Positions 9,873-20,764 are shown, counted from the stretch's first letter. The stretch: 64,000 nt of DNA from an uncultured cyanobacterium (GCA_963803805.1 CAWDOD010000005.1:1-64000); one strand, 5' to 3'. The notes: a model not told the origin generated them from the sequence alone. Translations and numbers: made by a program.

Positions 9873-11537
9873 TCAAGCAAACTGGCTTAAATAGTTGTGA
9901 ACAAATTGAACACAAATAGAACCTTCCCCAACCCCAGAAGCAACTCGTTTAATGGAACCGTGGCGTACATCTCCTACAGCAAAGACACCAGGAACATTAG
10001 TTTCTAAAAGATAGGGATCTCTTTCTAGAGTCCAGCCTTGGGGACGGTTGCCTTTGCTGGGTAAATCGGGCCCGGTGAGGATAAATCCTCGCTCACTTTT
10101 GGCTAACATTCCTTCTAGCCAATTGGTATGAGGAACAGCACCAATGAAAATAAAGAGGGAGTTAGCCGCAACAGTTTGGCTTTCACCAGTTTGAGAGTTG
10201 GCAATCACCAAAGCTTCTAAGCTATTTTCTCCTTTTGCTTCTATGACGCTGCAATGGGTTTGGACAACGATATTTTCCGTTTCTTCAATTTGGTCAATTA
10301 GGTATTGGGACATACTTTTAGTTAAAGAGTCTCCCCTAACTAACATGGTGACTTTGCTAGCATACTTAGAAAAGTACATTGCTCCCTGTCCGGCAGAATT
10401 AGCTCCCCCAATCACATATACTTCTTCGTCCTGACAGGATAAAGCTTCGGTTTGGGCTGCGCCGTAATATACTCCCGCGCCGGTTAATTTTTCAATTCCT
10501 GGTACATTAAGTCGCCGCCACCAAACCCCCAGAGCTAAAATGACTGCATGGCAACTAATTTCTGCGCCATCTTTAAGGGTAACGATACGATAATCATCTT
10601 GGACTTTTAACTTTGTAACTTCTTGGGGAGTGAGAATTTCCACACCAAAACGTTTGGCTTGGGTAACTGCCCGCCTTGCTAAATCTCCCCCGCTTAAACC
10701 AACGGGAAAACCGAGATAGTTTTCAATGCGAGAACTCGTTCCTGCTTGTCCTCCTGGGGCTTCTCTTTCAATGGTAACGGTGTGGAGTCCTTCAGAAGCA
10801 CCATAAACCGCCGCGGCTAAGCCTGCTGGCCCTCCTCCTACTACAACTAAGTCGTAAAAAGGCTTCTCTGCTTGGGTTTGCAACCCAATTTTGTCAGCAA
10901 TTTGGACATTTTCTGGTTGAATAAGGCGATCGCCACCAGGAAACAAGAGTTGGGGAAGTTGAGGTTTTTCGTCTTTGGTATAGCTGAGTAGTTTTTGGGC
11001 TTCTTCTTCACGTTCAATATCTAACCAACGATAAGGAATTTGGTTACGGGCCAGGAAATCCTTAATATTATGGGAACGAGGTGACCAGCGATCGCCTATG
11101 ACGCGAATACCATTAAATTCAGGGCTAAAGGAAGCTAACCAATCTTCTAAAAGGTCATCGAGAATAGGATATAAGCGTTCTTCCGGGGGGTCCCAAGGTT
11201 TGAGTAAATAGTAATCTAATTTAGCTGTGTTAATCGCCCTGATAGCAGCTTCAGTATCAGCATAGGCGGTGAGTAATACTCGTTTAGCTAGGGGAAATAT
11301 TTCCCCTGCTTGTTCAACAAATTCTACCCCCGACATTTGGGGCATTCTCTGATCTACTAAAAATAAAGAGACTGTTTCGTTGCGTAACTTAAGCTGTTTT
11401 ACCGTATCAAGGGCTACTGCCCCAGAGTCTGCCCGTACAACTCGAAAGCGATCACCGTATTGCCTTCGCAAGTCCCGCGCGACAGCTTGTAACACTCCGG
11501 GATCGTCGTCTACTGCAATGATTGCTGGTTTAGCCAT
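9873..11537 (-). CDS. Response-regulator receiver fused to a thioredoxin reductase-like FAD oxidoreductase
   Basis: Receiver (VDDD, DQRMP, KPW); GGGPAG FAD motif, GGANSAG NAD(P) motif, FAVGDVR. Confidence 0.9.
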   Translation of the reverse strand: MAKPAIIAVDDDPGVLQAVARDLRRQYGDRFRVVRADSGAVALDTVKQLKLRNETVSLFLVDQRMPQMSGVEFVEQAGEIFPLAKRVLLTAYADTEAAIRAINTAKLDYYLLKPWDPPEERLYPILDDLLEDWLASFSPEFNGIRVIGDRWSPRSHNIKDFLARNQIPYRWLDIEREEEAQKLLSYTKDEKPQLPQLLFPGGDRLIQPENVQIADKIGLQTQAEKPFYDLVVVGGGPAGLAAAVYGASEGLHTVTIEREAPGGQAGTSSRIENYLGFPVGLSGGDLARRAVTQAKRFGVEILTPQEVTKLKVQDDYRIVTLKDGAEISCHAVILALGVWWRRLNVPGIEKLTGAGVYYGAAQTEALSCQDEEVYVIGGANSAGQGAMYFSKYASKVTMLVRGDSLTKSMSQYLIDQIEETENIVVQTHCSVIEAKGENSLEALVIANSQTGESQTVAANSLFIFIGAVPHTNWLEGMLAKSERGFILTGPDLPSKGNRPQGWTLERDPYLLETNVPGVFAVGDVRHGSIKRVASGVGEGSICVQFVHNYLSQFA

Positions 11538-11640
11538 AATAATTCAGGACTTACGCAAAATGACAATTTTTACACTATATTATGTTATGAGGTAAGCAAT
11601 TCCCACCCTTGTATCTTAGGAGAGTAAGATAACCCGTCCC

Positions 11641-11726
11641 CCTATCTCCCTATCTCCCTATCTCCCTATCTCCCTATCTCCCTATCTCCCTATCTCCCTA
11701 TCTCCCTATCTCCCTATCTCCCTATC
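11641..11726. repeat. 8-bp tandem repeat (CCTATCTC) x10
   Basis: Ten perfect units at 11641-11720 plus a partial unit; a short reverse-complement copy lies near 33756-33773. Confidence 0.95.
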
Positions 11727-11766
11727 CCCCCATCAAACCTAATAAGTAAAATAAATGCCTGACAGC

Positions 11767-14370
11767 TTACAACCAATTACCCACCAACACAAACGCTGAC
11801 CAATAATAGGGATGGGAAAACTTTTTATCTTGCAAAATAGCTAGTTGAGCGCGGCGCAGTGCCTCTGCTTTAGTTATATTCTTATCTTGAGATAACTCTT
11901 CGTAAAACCTAGTCATTAATATAGCTGTAGCTTCATCACTGACATACCATAAACTAGCTAAGGTACTCCTCGCCCCTGCCCGTACAGCCATACCTGCTAA
12001 GCCTAAAGCGGCACGTTTATCTCCAGCAGCAGTTTTGCAGGCGCTAAGTACTAATAATTCTATCGGCTGAGTTTGTTGGCGATCGCCCTTCAGAAGTCTA
12101 TTTAATTCGTTAATATTAAGTTTATTGTCCCAAGTGAGAAGGAAAGTATCTTCTGCTTTAGAACTAAACTCGCCGTGGGTGGCAAGATGAATTACTTGGT
12201 AAGAAGATTGTTCAACTTCTTTCTGGAATCCTTCTTCAGTAAAAGATTCGTTAAGAAGTATTTCCCCAGGAACCTGTTGTTTAATGCGTGCTAATTCTTC
12301 CCCGACGTTGGGTAGGGGAGCAAAGCCTTGGCTTGCTTGGGTTAACCCAGCCCCAAGAACTTGAAGAGATTCCCTCGCTAAAGGTTTGGGATCTACTAAT
12401 TGTAAACTAGGGGCAAGGGAGACGCTATATTTTTCCGCTAAATATTTCTCGCCGTCGTAGAGGCTATTCAGGGGAATGCTACGCAGACTACCATCAGAAA
12501 CAAAGACGAGGTTTGTAATCTTGCTGGCGGCTAAGTCTTTTTCAATGGGGCGAATAACCCAATCGTAGACCTTTTGGGCAGGTTCAGTGAAATTTTCAAT
12601 GAATACCCGCTTCCTAGCTACTGTGAGGGCTGTCAGCATCTCTTTGAGGGTTTCTTCGACATCGGTTTGAGAAACCTTAGTACTGTAGCTTTTCAAGGGT
12701 TGTCCGGGGAGGGCAAGAATGACTTGTAAGCTATTTTCTAAAATAATGGTGTAGAAGATTGCCGAGGAAGGATCAAGGCGATCTATAGTTACAGGTTGGG
12801 CATCTAAGCAAGCGTCTCGAAAAAAGTTATCCATCTCTGCTAATTGCAGTGATTCAATTACTTCCCTAGCTTGTTTAAGATTTTCTTGGGAGATATTCGG
12901 GTTTAGTTTGGCAACTTTACTATTTGCTTTAGTTTGTTTTTCAGAGGTTTCTAAGAGGAGGGCAACTAATTCTCGGTAAACAGGTTCGACACTTTCTGTA
13001 AAGGAGAATTGCACATCCGAATTAACTGCTACTAAGTCACTACGTAAAGATTTGAGGCTTGCTACTGCTTGAGAATAAGCGGCGATCGCTGCGTCTATTT
13101 GTCCTTGAAATTTAAGGATTTTTCCTAGTTGCCATTGCCATTGATAGGATATATCAGTAGCATTGTTACTTTGGGAAAGAATCAAGGCTTGTTCAGTTAG
13201 TTGTTTGGCTTCTGGCCATTGTTGATTCTTTTCATACAATGCTCCCAAAGTTCCCAAGCCGTAGGATTGCGCCCTTTTGTCTCCTAAACTCTCAGCATCG
13301 CTGATGGCAGTAGCTAAAATTTGAGCAATTTCAGAGTTAGGTACAAGGGATTTTTGTGACAATTTGAGCAAGCTTTGGGCTAAATTAATCTGTCCATAAA
13401 TAGCAGCTTGACTAAGAGGTAATTGCTTTAAGTTTCCTTGAATTTCCCTAACTAAAACCTCAACATCGTCTAAGTTTCCCTCTGCAACTAAAAGACTAAG
13501 TTGATTTAGTTTTGCTTGAGTAATCAGTTCTTGATTCAGAGCAATTTTAACAGCTTGTTGATAATAATCAAGGGCGGCTTGGGTTTGTTGCTGCAATCGG
13601 GCTGTATTGCCTAAGCTTATTAGGGTTGCAGCAACCATTTCTGGCTTTGAGAGTTCTTGGGCAATAGCTAAACTTTTTTTCAGTTCCACTTGAGATTCTA
13701 CTAGCTTCCCTGTATCACGATAAACATCCCCCAAACTTTGTAAGGCTTTAGCTTTGAGGATATTGTTGGGTTTACCTTCTAAGGATTTATTAACCGAATC
13801 CAAGGTTCTTTCAGCTTGAGAATGTAAACCTAGAGTATGTAAAGCTTGCACTTCATTAATCCTCCCTCTAGTGAAGTTAGGTAAATCCTCAAGTTCTTGA
13901 TAAATTTTGGTTGCTTGCTTCCAAGTATCTAAAGCATCCTCTGCTTGCCCCAAGCTAAGTTGAATTTGTCCTTGCACTTCCAACGCTTGAGCAAAAAGCT
14001 TACGATTACTTTCTGGTTCAATTAATTCAATGGCAGTAGCAATTCCATCTTGGGCAAGTTGCCATTTTCCTAAGTTTTGATAAACTAAAGCGAGATTGCG
14101 CCAAGTCGCCCCTTGTCCCGACAGATTATTTTCTTGTTTGTAAGCCCCTAAAAGCTTGTACAGTAGGGGAATTGCTTCTTTAAACTGACCCATTTCATAA
14201 AGCTGTTGTGCCTGTTTTTCTAACTCTTTTGTTAATAAGTCATCCTTCGTTTCTTCCCAGGTGATACTTTCAGTTTCCCTACCAAGGAAGTTGGCAGCTA
14301 AAGTTTCTTTCCCCCCCAAGCTACAAGCTAAGGTTAACAAAAACAGAGTTAAAACAGGTAAGTTTTTCAT
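11767..14370 (-). CDS. Secreted TPR + CHAT (caspase-like) domain protein
   Basis: Signal peptide, TPR repeats, CHAT motifs IHLATHGEF and LVLSACKTA, C-terminal HPYYWSAFVLVGNWL. Confidence 0.92.
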   Translation of the reverse strand: MKNLPVLTLFLLTLACSLGGKETLAANFLGRETESITWEETKDDLLTKELEKQAQQLYEMGQFKEAIPLLYKLLGAYKQENNLSGQGATWRNLALVYQNLGKWQLAQDGIATAIELIEPESNRKLFAQALEVQGQIQLSLGQAEDALDTWKQATKIYQELEDLPNFTRGRINEVQALHTLGLHSQAERTLDSVNKSLEGKPNNILKAKALQSLGDVYRDTGKLVESQVELKKSLAIAQELSKPEMVAATLISLGNTARLQQQTQAALDYYQQAVKIALNQELITQAKLNQLSLLVAEGNLDDVEVLVREIQGNLKQLPLSQAAIYGQINLAQSLLKLSQKSLVPNSEIAQILATAISDAESLGDKRAQSYGLGTLGALYEKNQQWPEAKQLTEQALILSQSNNATDISYQWQWQLGKILKFQGQIDAAIAAYSQAVASLKSLRSDLVAVNSDVQFSFTESVEPVYRELVALLLETSEKQTKANSKVAKLNPNISQENLKQAREVIESLQLAEMDNFFRDACLDAQPVTIDRLDPSSAIFYTIILENSLQVILALPGQPLKSYSTKVSQTDVEETLKEMLTALTVARKRVFIENFTEPAQKVYDWVIRPIEKDLAASKITNLVFVSDGSLRSIPLNSLYDGEKYLAEKYSVSLAPSLQLVDPKPLARESLQVLGAGLTQASQGFAPLPNVGEELARIKQQVPGEILLNESFTEEGFQKEVEQSSYQVIHLATHGEFSSKAEDTFLLTWDNKLNINELNRLLKGDRQQTQPIELLVLSACKTAAGDKRAALGLAGMAVRAGARSTLASLWYVSDEATAILMTRFYEELSQDKNITKAEALRRAQLAILQDKKFSHPYYWSAFVLVGNWL

Positions 14371-14401
14371 CGACTAGCAATATTCCTAATCTTTTCTTCT
14401 T

Positions 14402-14932
14402 CTATCTTTCCCGTATATAGTGGCTTTTCACCTGAGTATTATTATATATCTCCGTTTTTTTGTGTCTGAACTTAAGGTATTTATCTAGTTTGCCAAATAG
14501 AGAAAATCCCTCTCCTAAAAGAATTGGAATACGAGCAATAATCATTTCATCAATCATATCTTCTTGCAGGAAACTTTGTATTACACCACCGCCATCAATA
14601 TATAAATTTCTATATCCTTGTTGATGCAATTGCTTAGTTAGTTTCTTGATGTCCCCACTGACAATTTTAGCCTTACCAAGAATATGTTCGGGGAGCTTGG
14701 TGAGACTATTGCTTAAGAGAAAAACAGGTTTTTCATAGGGCCATTTGTCAAAAGTTAAAACCTTCTCAAAAGTATTTCTTCCCATGACGATGGCATCTAT
14801 CCTAATCATAAACTCAGCATACCCATAATCGCTCCGTTCAGGATTAGGAGAATTGTACAACCAATCTAAGCTTCCATCTTTTGTTGCAATAAATCCATCT
14901 AAGCTTGTGGCTATGTAGACATAATTTGCCAT
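14402..14932 (-). CDS. Dihydrofolate reductase/RibD C-terminal family protein
   Basis: YIATSLDGFIA, VMGRNTFE and YIDGG motifs. Confidence 0.88.
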   Translation of the reverse strand: MANYVYIATSLDGFIATKDGSLDWLYNSPNPERSDYGYAEFMIRIDAIVMGRNTFEKVLTFDKWPYEKPVFLLSNSLTKLPEHILGKAKIVSGDIKKLTKQLHQQGYRNLYIDGGGVIQSFLQEDMIDEMIIARIPILLGEGFSLFGKLDKYLKFRHKKTEIYNNTQVKSHYIRER

Positions 14933-15005
14933 AAGTAAAATCTGTCTTAAAAGTTTAATTTTTCGTTTTTACTTCTCAAAATATTCAAGGTTTTTGGCTT
15001 TTTTC

Positions 15006-16970
15006 TCAAATCACTCTCTCGTTACCACCATCAATGGGAACCTGGGCAGCAGTAGTTTTGGCAAATAAAGGGCCACACATTTCAGCCGCTAATTCAGCAA
15101 CATCGTGGCTAGTTACTTCCACTTGCAAGATATTATTCTGCTTATACTCTTCTACCGTTAAGCCGTAATGTTGAGCGCGATCACGCAATATTTTTTCTGT
15201 CCAAATACCTGTATCAAATACAGCATTGGGGTGGAGGGTGTTAATGCGGATCTTATCTTTGCCCCATTCTAAAGCAGCGACCCTAGCTAGTTGATTGAGG
15301 GCAGCTTTAGAAGCAGAGTAAGCTGCTGCACCCGGTCCTGGTGCAGGGACATTTTTGGAGCCGATTACCACTACCCTAGCCTCTGCTGGAGAGAGTTTAA
15401 GGAAGGGGTAGCATTCCCGCATCAGGGCTAAATTAGCATCCAGATTGACTGCCATAACTTCGCGCCATTGTACGTCTGTTAAATCAGCGATCAGACAACC
15501 ACCAGGAAAGATGCCAGCATTGAGAATGAGCATATCTAAGCCACCGAACTTTCTTACTACTTGTTCTAAGGCTTTAGTAACTGCTTGAGCATTGGTAATA
15601 TCGCAGGTAAGACCATAAAAATCGGCGCAGTCCCAAATAGAGGTAACTTGTTCATTAATATCTAAACCTACTACTGCGGCCCCCCTCTTCAAGAGGGAAT
15701 CAACACAAGCTTTACCAATACCAGAGGCTGCCCCGGTAACTACAGCGACTTCCCCAGTGAATATTGGCGGTTGCCCACCTTTTCTTAATTTTGCTTGTTC
15801 AAGATCCCAATATTCTACCTCGAAAAGCTGCTTGGCGCTTAAAGCTTGATAACCCCCTAAAGCTGTGGCAGATTTAATTACATCAATGGTATGGTTATAA
15901 ATATCAGCAACAATATGGGCTGCTTTAACATTTTTACCCACAGTAGACATTCCCCATTCTGGATCGAGGATAACTCTAGGAATAGGATCAACCATCCGAT
16001 GTTCTTGACTGCCATGAACTTTGAAGTATTGCCTATATTTCTCAACATAATCTTGTACATCCCGACCTAACATTGGTATCCTTTTGGTGCGAATGACATG
16101 ATCGGGAGTAGCTGGGCCCTGTTGAGAAATTTCCTTGAGATCTTCTCTGTTGGCAAAGTTTAAGGTTTTGGGGTTGCGATGGGTGGATAAAATGACAGGG
16201 AAACCTGCTGTGGTAGAAAGTTTGTGACGCAAGGAGGCTAAGGTATAACCTAAAGTTACCTCCTCCATCTCCTTCATTTCTGGTGGCGGTAAAACTGCTT
16301 TTTTCCTTTGTAGATATCTTTCAGCACGGTTAACTAGATGAATCATCCTTTCATAGGATTCCCTAGCTGTAGAACCAAAGGAAAATATGCCGTGGTTTAG
16401 CAAAACCATACCAATAGTATTTTCGGTGGCTTCGGCAGCAAACTTTTTGGCACAAGCTAAAGCTAGTTCAAAACCAGGCATTACATAGGGAATAATTACA
16501 ACACTATCCCCATAAATCTCAGCAATTTTTTCTTGTCCATTAGTAGTATTTGTGATGGTGACTACTGCATCGGCATGGGTATGGTCAACATATTTATAGG
16601 GTAAGGTAGCATGGAGAATAGTTTCTACTGAAGGAGAGGGGGCGCTAGCTAAGGTTAGATTTGTTTTCAACTCATTAACCATTTGAGGATCACTGAGGGA
16701 AGGCAATTTAGCTAACTTCAACAAATGCTTCATCCGCACAGGGGAAAAACCTTCCTCTTTAATGGTGGCAAGATCCCAACCGCTACCTTTAACATAGAGA
16801 ATTTTTTCTTCTTCCCCAACCAGATTTTTTTGTTGAATCTTTACAGAAGTGTTACCACCACCGTGTAATACCAAGGAAGGATCTTTTCCCAATAAGCGAG
16901 AAGTGTAGACTCGCAAAGCCAACTCCCCTTGATATTGAGCCGCTTCTTCTTGTTGCCAAAGACTTTTCAT
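15006..16970 (-). CDS. Bifunctional class II aldolase / short-chain dehydrogenase (RhaD-SDR-like)
   Basis: LVLHGGGNTSVK, PSVETILH, HTHAD; SDR motifs TGAASGIG and YSASK. Start at ATG 16970 behind GGGAGG. Confidence 0.9.
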   Translation of the reverse strand: MKSLWQQEEAAQYQGELALRVYTSRLLGKDPSLVLHGGGNTSVKIQQKNLVGEEEKILYVKGSGWDLATIKEEGFSPVRMKHLLKLAKLPSLSDPQMVNELKTNLTLASAPSPSVETILHATLPYKYVDHTHADAVVTITNTTNGQEKIAEIYGDSVVIIPYVMPGFELALACAKKFAAEATENTIGMVLLNHGIFSFGSTARESYERMIHLVNRAERYLQRKKAVLPPPEMKEMEEVTLGYTLASLRHKLSTTAGFPVILSTHRNPKTLNFANREDLKEISQQGPATPDHVIRTKRIPMLGRDVQDYVEKYRQYFKVHGSQEHRMVDPIPRVILDPEWGMSTVGKNVKAAHIVADIYNHTIDVIKSATALGGYQALSAKQLFEVEYWDLEQAKLRKGGQPPIFTGEVAVVTGAASGIGKACVDSLLKRGAAVVGLDINEQVTSIWDCADFYGLTCDITNAQAVTKALEQVVRKFGGLDMLILNAGIFPGGCLIADLTDVQWREVMAVNLDANLALMRECYPFLKLSPAEARVVVIGSKNVPAPGPGAAAYSASKAALNQLARVAALEWGKDKIRINTLHPNAVFDTGIWTEKILRDRAQHYGLTVEEYKQNNILQVEVTSHDVAELAAEMCGPLFAKTTAAQVPIDGGNERVI

Positions 16971-17115
16971 CTTGATGATCCTCCCAGTTTGCACCAACCT
17001 ACTGCCATTAGTTTAAACCGAAGCAAGATCAGAAAGTAGGACAAAAAACTAGTAGCGAAGTTTACTTTCCTGTAAACCCCGCTACCTACTTAAGTTTTAC
17101 ATAATAATCGCAAAC

Positions 17116-17571
17116 TTATAGATCGCGAGCATTTTCTCCTGCAACCTGAGATTTAAGGGAGGAAAATTCACTTTTGAGTTCCTGTCTAGTTGAAGCCCGA
17201 AGTAAGTAGCGATAGACAAACCAACCAGAATAGCCTATGCCGATCAATTCAAAAAGAGGTGCAAGTAAAGGGACATCGTTAATGGAAGAGATTACCGCTA
17301 GAGTGATTTTTACAGCGATGATGCTGGAGATAAAAAGAGCTAAGTAGGTTAAAGGTTTTCTGTACTCAGAGGCGAAATCAATTACATAATCAGGGGCTTT
17401 GAGAAACTCAGCCACAGGTTCGAGGTATTCTTGCCAAGGGCGATCGCTCTTAGCCGGCTCTTTAGTTAATGTCGTCATTGTTCCCCCAGGCTCTGCTATG
17501 ACTTCTGGTGGATGCTGTTCAGCCTGAGCAACTGTTTTAGCTTCAGCTTTTGTATCAATGTTAGATTCCAT
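17116..17571 (-). CDS. CAAD domain (CURT1/CurT-like) thylakoid membrane protein
   Basis: AVISSINDVPLLAPLFELIGIGYSGWFVYRYLL CAAD signature. Confidence 0.88.
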   Translation of the reverse strand: MESNIDTKAEAKTVAQAEQHPPEVIAEPGGTMTTLTKEPAKSDRPWQEYLEPVAEFLKAPDYVIDFASEYRKPLTYLALFISSIIAVKITLAVISSINDVPLLAPLFELIGIGYSGWFVYRYLLRASTRQELKSEFSSLKSQVAGENARDL

Positions 17572-17935
17572 ATTTTACCTGTCCTTTGTTTTCTAGGGAA
17601 GATTTTATATTTGAGAGAAGTGGATTTTAGCTGTCTATATTGCTAACTTTTGGTCATATTATCAGAATACATTCGCTTATTTAATTCTGCTTTAGTCATA
17701 ATTCAAGCTACTAAAATAAGTTAGTAATCTCTAAGGGTATATTAATATCTAGCCCCTTTGAGAACCTGAATTTCTCTATGGCAACTAGATTTTAACTTAA
17801 TTGTAGCTAAAAAAAATTTATCCTTGATGAGGATAGAACTGTTCCAAAATGAAGAGATAGATCCAAAAAATAACTTCAGCGAATGTCTTGTAAAATTTAA
17901 TAAATAAGTTAGAAATTCTATAAGAAAAATTAAAC

Positions 17936-18925
17936 TCACTCTTGATGTTCGAGAATTTTGGCATAGTCTCCCAAAGCATAGCAAGCCACTCTGAGACTAC
18001 CTAAAGTTTGCCTTTCCACCTTGGTATCAGGGATGATACGAGCGATTTTCAAACGTTGTTCGTAGTAGTGGATCGCTTGAGCATATTCTCCGAGAGCGTC
18101 ATAAGCTACTCCTAACCGCCCCAAGGCTTGCTCTTCTAAGCGATAATCTTCTAAGAGTCTAGCTGTTTTCAATCTTTCTTTACTGTAAGCGATCGCTTGA
18201 TGATACTCTCCGATAGTGTGGCAAACATTAGCCAGATTCTTTAAAATTTGAGCTTCCATGCGGGCATCATCAAACTGCCGAGCGATAGCTAAACGTTGTT
18301 CATAGTAGCTAATAGCTTTGTTATAATCCTCTAGAGCATAACAAGCATTGCCTAAGTTCTTAAGAATTTGTCCTCCGATTTTAGAGTCACCTAATTTGTG
18401 AGCTAGGGCTAAGCTTTTCTCTTGGGTAGCAACAGCTTGTTCATATTCTCCCATGGCTTTGTAAACCAACCCCAAATTGTTTAGGCTAATCATCGCCCCT
18501 AATTCGTCTTGGAGTTGTTGGAGAATCACTAAACTTTTTTGCTGGTAGTCGATAGCTTGAGGATATTCTCCTAAGTGGCGATAGGAGTTACCTAAATTCC
18601 CCAATACTTGAGCTTCTAAACGCTGGTTACTAATACATTTTGCTTTCTCCAAACTTACACTACTGTATTCAATAGCTTGTTGATAATCACCTTTGGCATA
18701 ATAAGCTAACCCCAAGTAGCAATTGACTTTAGCTAATCCAGAATTCTCTTCTAGTTTTGTATAAATATCAAGGGCGCGATTAAAGCTAGCAATGGCATCA
18801 TCAAAGTGACGGCTTCTGTAAAGCTTGACCCCTTTTTGTAGCAACTCGTCAGCCTCAGTTTTTTGAAGCGGTGGTAGAGTATTTTTGGTTTGCTCCTTGT
18901 TACTATTTTCTGTCTCAGGAGTCAT
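17936..18925 (-). CDS. Tetratricopeptide repeat protein
   Basis: Repeated 40-aa TPR units (LGNLGNSYRHLGEYPQAIDY). Confidence 0.9.
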   Translation of the reverse strand: MTPETENSNKEQTKNTLPPLQKTEADELLQKGVKLYRSRHFDDAIASFNRALDIYTKLEENSGLAKVNCYLGLAYYAKGDYQQAIEYSSVSLEKAKCISNQRLEAQVLGNLGNSYRHLGEYPQAIDYQQKSLVILQQLQDELGAMISLNNLGLVYKAMGEYEQAVATQEKSLALAHKLGDSKIGGQILKNLGNACYALEDYNKAISYYEQRLAIARQFDDARMEAQILKNLANVCHTIGEYHQAIAYSKERLKTARLLEDYRLEEQALGRLGVAYDALGEYAQAIHYYEQRLKIARIIPDTKVERQTLGSLRVACYALGDYAKILEHQE

Positions 18926-19152
18926 ATCTTGTGGCTTTCTCCTTTAGTAAGCCGCCTTCTCTTTAAATGGGGAATGCCTGTTGGGAACAACTTAAGAACT
19001 ATCTTAACTTAGTTAATGTACCCAAACTAATTTACTGAAGCTCTCATCATAATTATTTATTCCCTATTGACTGATGATAGATTTACGAGTTCCCTAATTT
19101 TTATAGCACACTCCTTTCAAACCGGGGTTATTATTCACTACGCACTAGACAT

Positions 19153-20025
19153 TTACTTACATAACAAAGCAGTTTCTTGATCTGTAATTTTCTTTTCTTG
19201 ATGAGTATTTGTACGACAGTTAATTTGACAAGAGTTATTAGCAGTTTCTTTTAATTCAATTCTATCGAGTTCTATACCAAGTTCCCGTATTGGTTGCTTC
19301 AAAATATTACACAGATATAAGGCAATATTTTCTGCTGTAGGAATTACTTGGGAAAAATAAGGTATGTCGTGATTGAGAAAAGTATGATCTAAAGGCTCAA
19401 TCACCTGCTCCTCTATTACTTCCCTTAACTTTGTCAATTCAACAATCCTCCCTGTACGACTATCAATTTCTCCTACTACCCTTACTTCTAAATAATAATT
19501 ATGGCCATGACCATTAGGATTAGCACACTTACCATATATTTGTCTGTTTTCTTCGTCACTTAAATCCGGTAGAGCGAGGCGATGAGCTGCACTAAAATAG
19601 ACACCAAGGTTAACAAAAGCTTCCATACCATTTCCTCGATAATTAACCCAAAATTCTGGATGCTCAAACAAACAAACTTCAGCTAAAGGTAACTCCCGAA
19701 TGAGGCGCTGCCAAATCACTTTAGCAAGATGTTCCGGAGCAGGTAAAGTATCTTGAAATTCTGGCCAAACTTCATTGAGATAGGCATAATTCAAGTCATT
19801 GATAACTTTGTGCTGAATTGATTGTTTAACTTCAAAAAAATTCTGTACCATGCCATATTTGTCAATTTCCCCTAGGACAGAAACAGCTAAAATATAGTTA
19901 TGTCCCCTTCCAGGAAATCTACTTTCTGCACCAAATCTGTGAAGATTTTCCGCTTTACTCAGTTCCGGTAGCCAATAGCGATAGCTAGCGGAAAATTGAG
20001 CGCGACGGCTGATGAGACATTTCAT
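19153..20025 (-). CDS. Tandem-domain 6-pyruvoyl/6-carboxy-tetrahydropterin synthase (QueD/PTPS family)
   Basis: Two T-fold repeats; the second carries FSAAHRL...KCANPNGHGHNY...LDHTFLN. Confidence 0.88.
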   Translation of the reverse strand: MKCLISRRAQFSASYRYWLPELSKAENLHRFGAESRFPGRGHNYILAVSVLGEIDKYGMVQNFFEVKQSIQHKVINDLNYAYLNEVWPEFQDTLPAPEHLAKVIWQRLIRELPLAEVCLFEHPEFWVNYRGNGMEAFVNLGVYFSAAHRLALPDLSDEENRQIYGKCANPNGHGHNYYLEVRVVGEIDSRTGRIVELTKLREVIEEQVIEPLDHTFLNHDIPYFSQVIPTAENIALYLCNILKQPIRELGIELDRIELKETANNSCQINCRTNTHQEKKITDQETALLCK

Positions 20026-20074
20026 AGAATTGGTGATCGCATTAGTACTTTATTTAAGATAAACCAAAAATCAG

Positions 20075-20764
20075 TTAAATATTTGCTGATTCTTGGGCTT
20101 CTCCATAAAACCCTGTGGCGATACGGAATAATTCTCTACCGATATTCAAATAATATTCGTCATAACTGAGGGTAAACCTTTGCAATTCCTCGATCCCATC
20201 ACTAAGTTGGTTGAGGCAGTAGTAGAGACTAGTAGCTGTTTGGGCTACTTTGGTGGGGTTAGGTTGGGAAGTGAATGCTTGTTGGGCTTGGTTGAGTCGA
20301 GAGCGACAATCTTCTAGGTAATCTTGAAAATCTGTCATCAGCTCGTCATCAAAGGGATCAGCAGAAAGCTCTTCAATTTCTGATTCTAAGGAATTGAGGA
20401 TTACTGAGATGAGTTGATTAACTGGTTGATAAACTTCTTTAAACCAGGTACTGAGATGGGTATCGTGTTCTCGTCCTGTTTTATACTGACTGCGGTAGCG
20501 CTCTTGTGCTTGAGAAGTTCTTTGTTGTCGTTGAACAAAAGATTCGTGCCGATGGGGAGAAAATAATTGGCGATCATAACTGCGGCGGCGTTGGGGATCG
20601 CTTAAAGTTTCATAAGCGCAATTGAGTAAAACAATTTTCTCGTGGTTGGCTGTATCCCTTTGGGTATCAGGGTGGAACTGCTTGACTAAGTTACGATAAG
20701 CTTGCTTGATTTCCCCTTGAGTGGCTTTTTGGTCAACTTCTAGGGTTTGGTAGTAGTTGAGCAT
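20075..20764 (-). CDS. DnaJ (J-domain) protein, type III
   Basis: NYYQTLEV...FHPD J-domain followed by a helical C-terminus. Confidence 0.88.
   Translation of the reverse strand: MLNYYQTLEVDQKATQGEIKQAYRNLVKQFHPDTQRDTANHEKIVLLNCAYETLSDPQRRRSYDRQLFSPHRHESFVQRQQRTSQAQERYRSQYKTGREHDTHLSTWFKEVYQPVNQLISVILNSLESEIEELSADPFDDELMTDFQDYLEDCRSRLNQAQQAFTSQPNPTKVAQTATSLYYCLNQLSDGIEELQRFTLSYDEYYLNIGRELFRIATGFYGEAQESANI

Noticed and set aside
17742..17984. 80-aa minus-strand ORF after the TPR gene
   Set aside because: AT-rich, TTG start, overlaps the TPR end and has no recognisable motif
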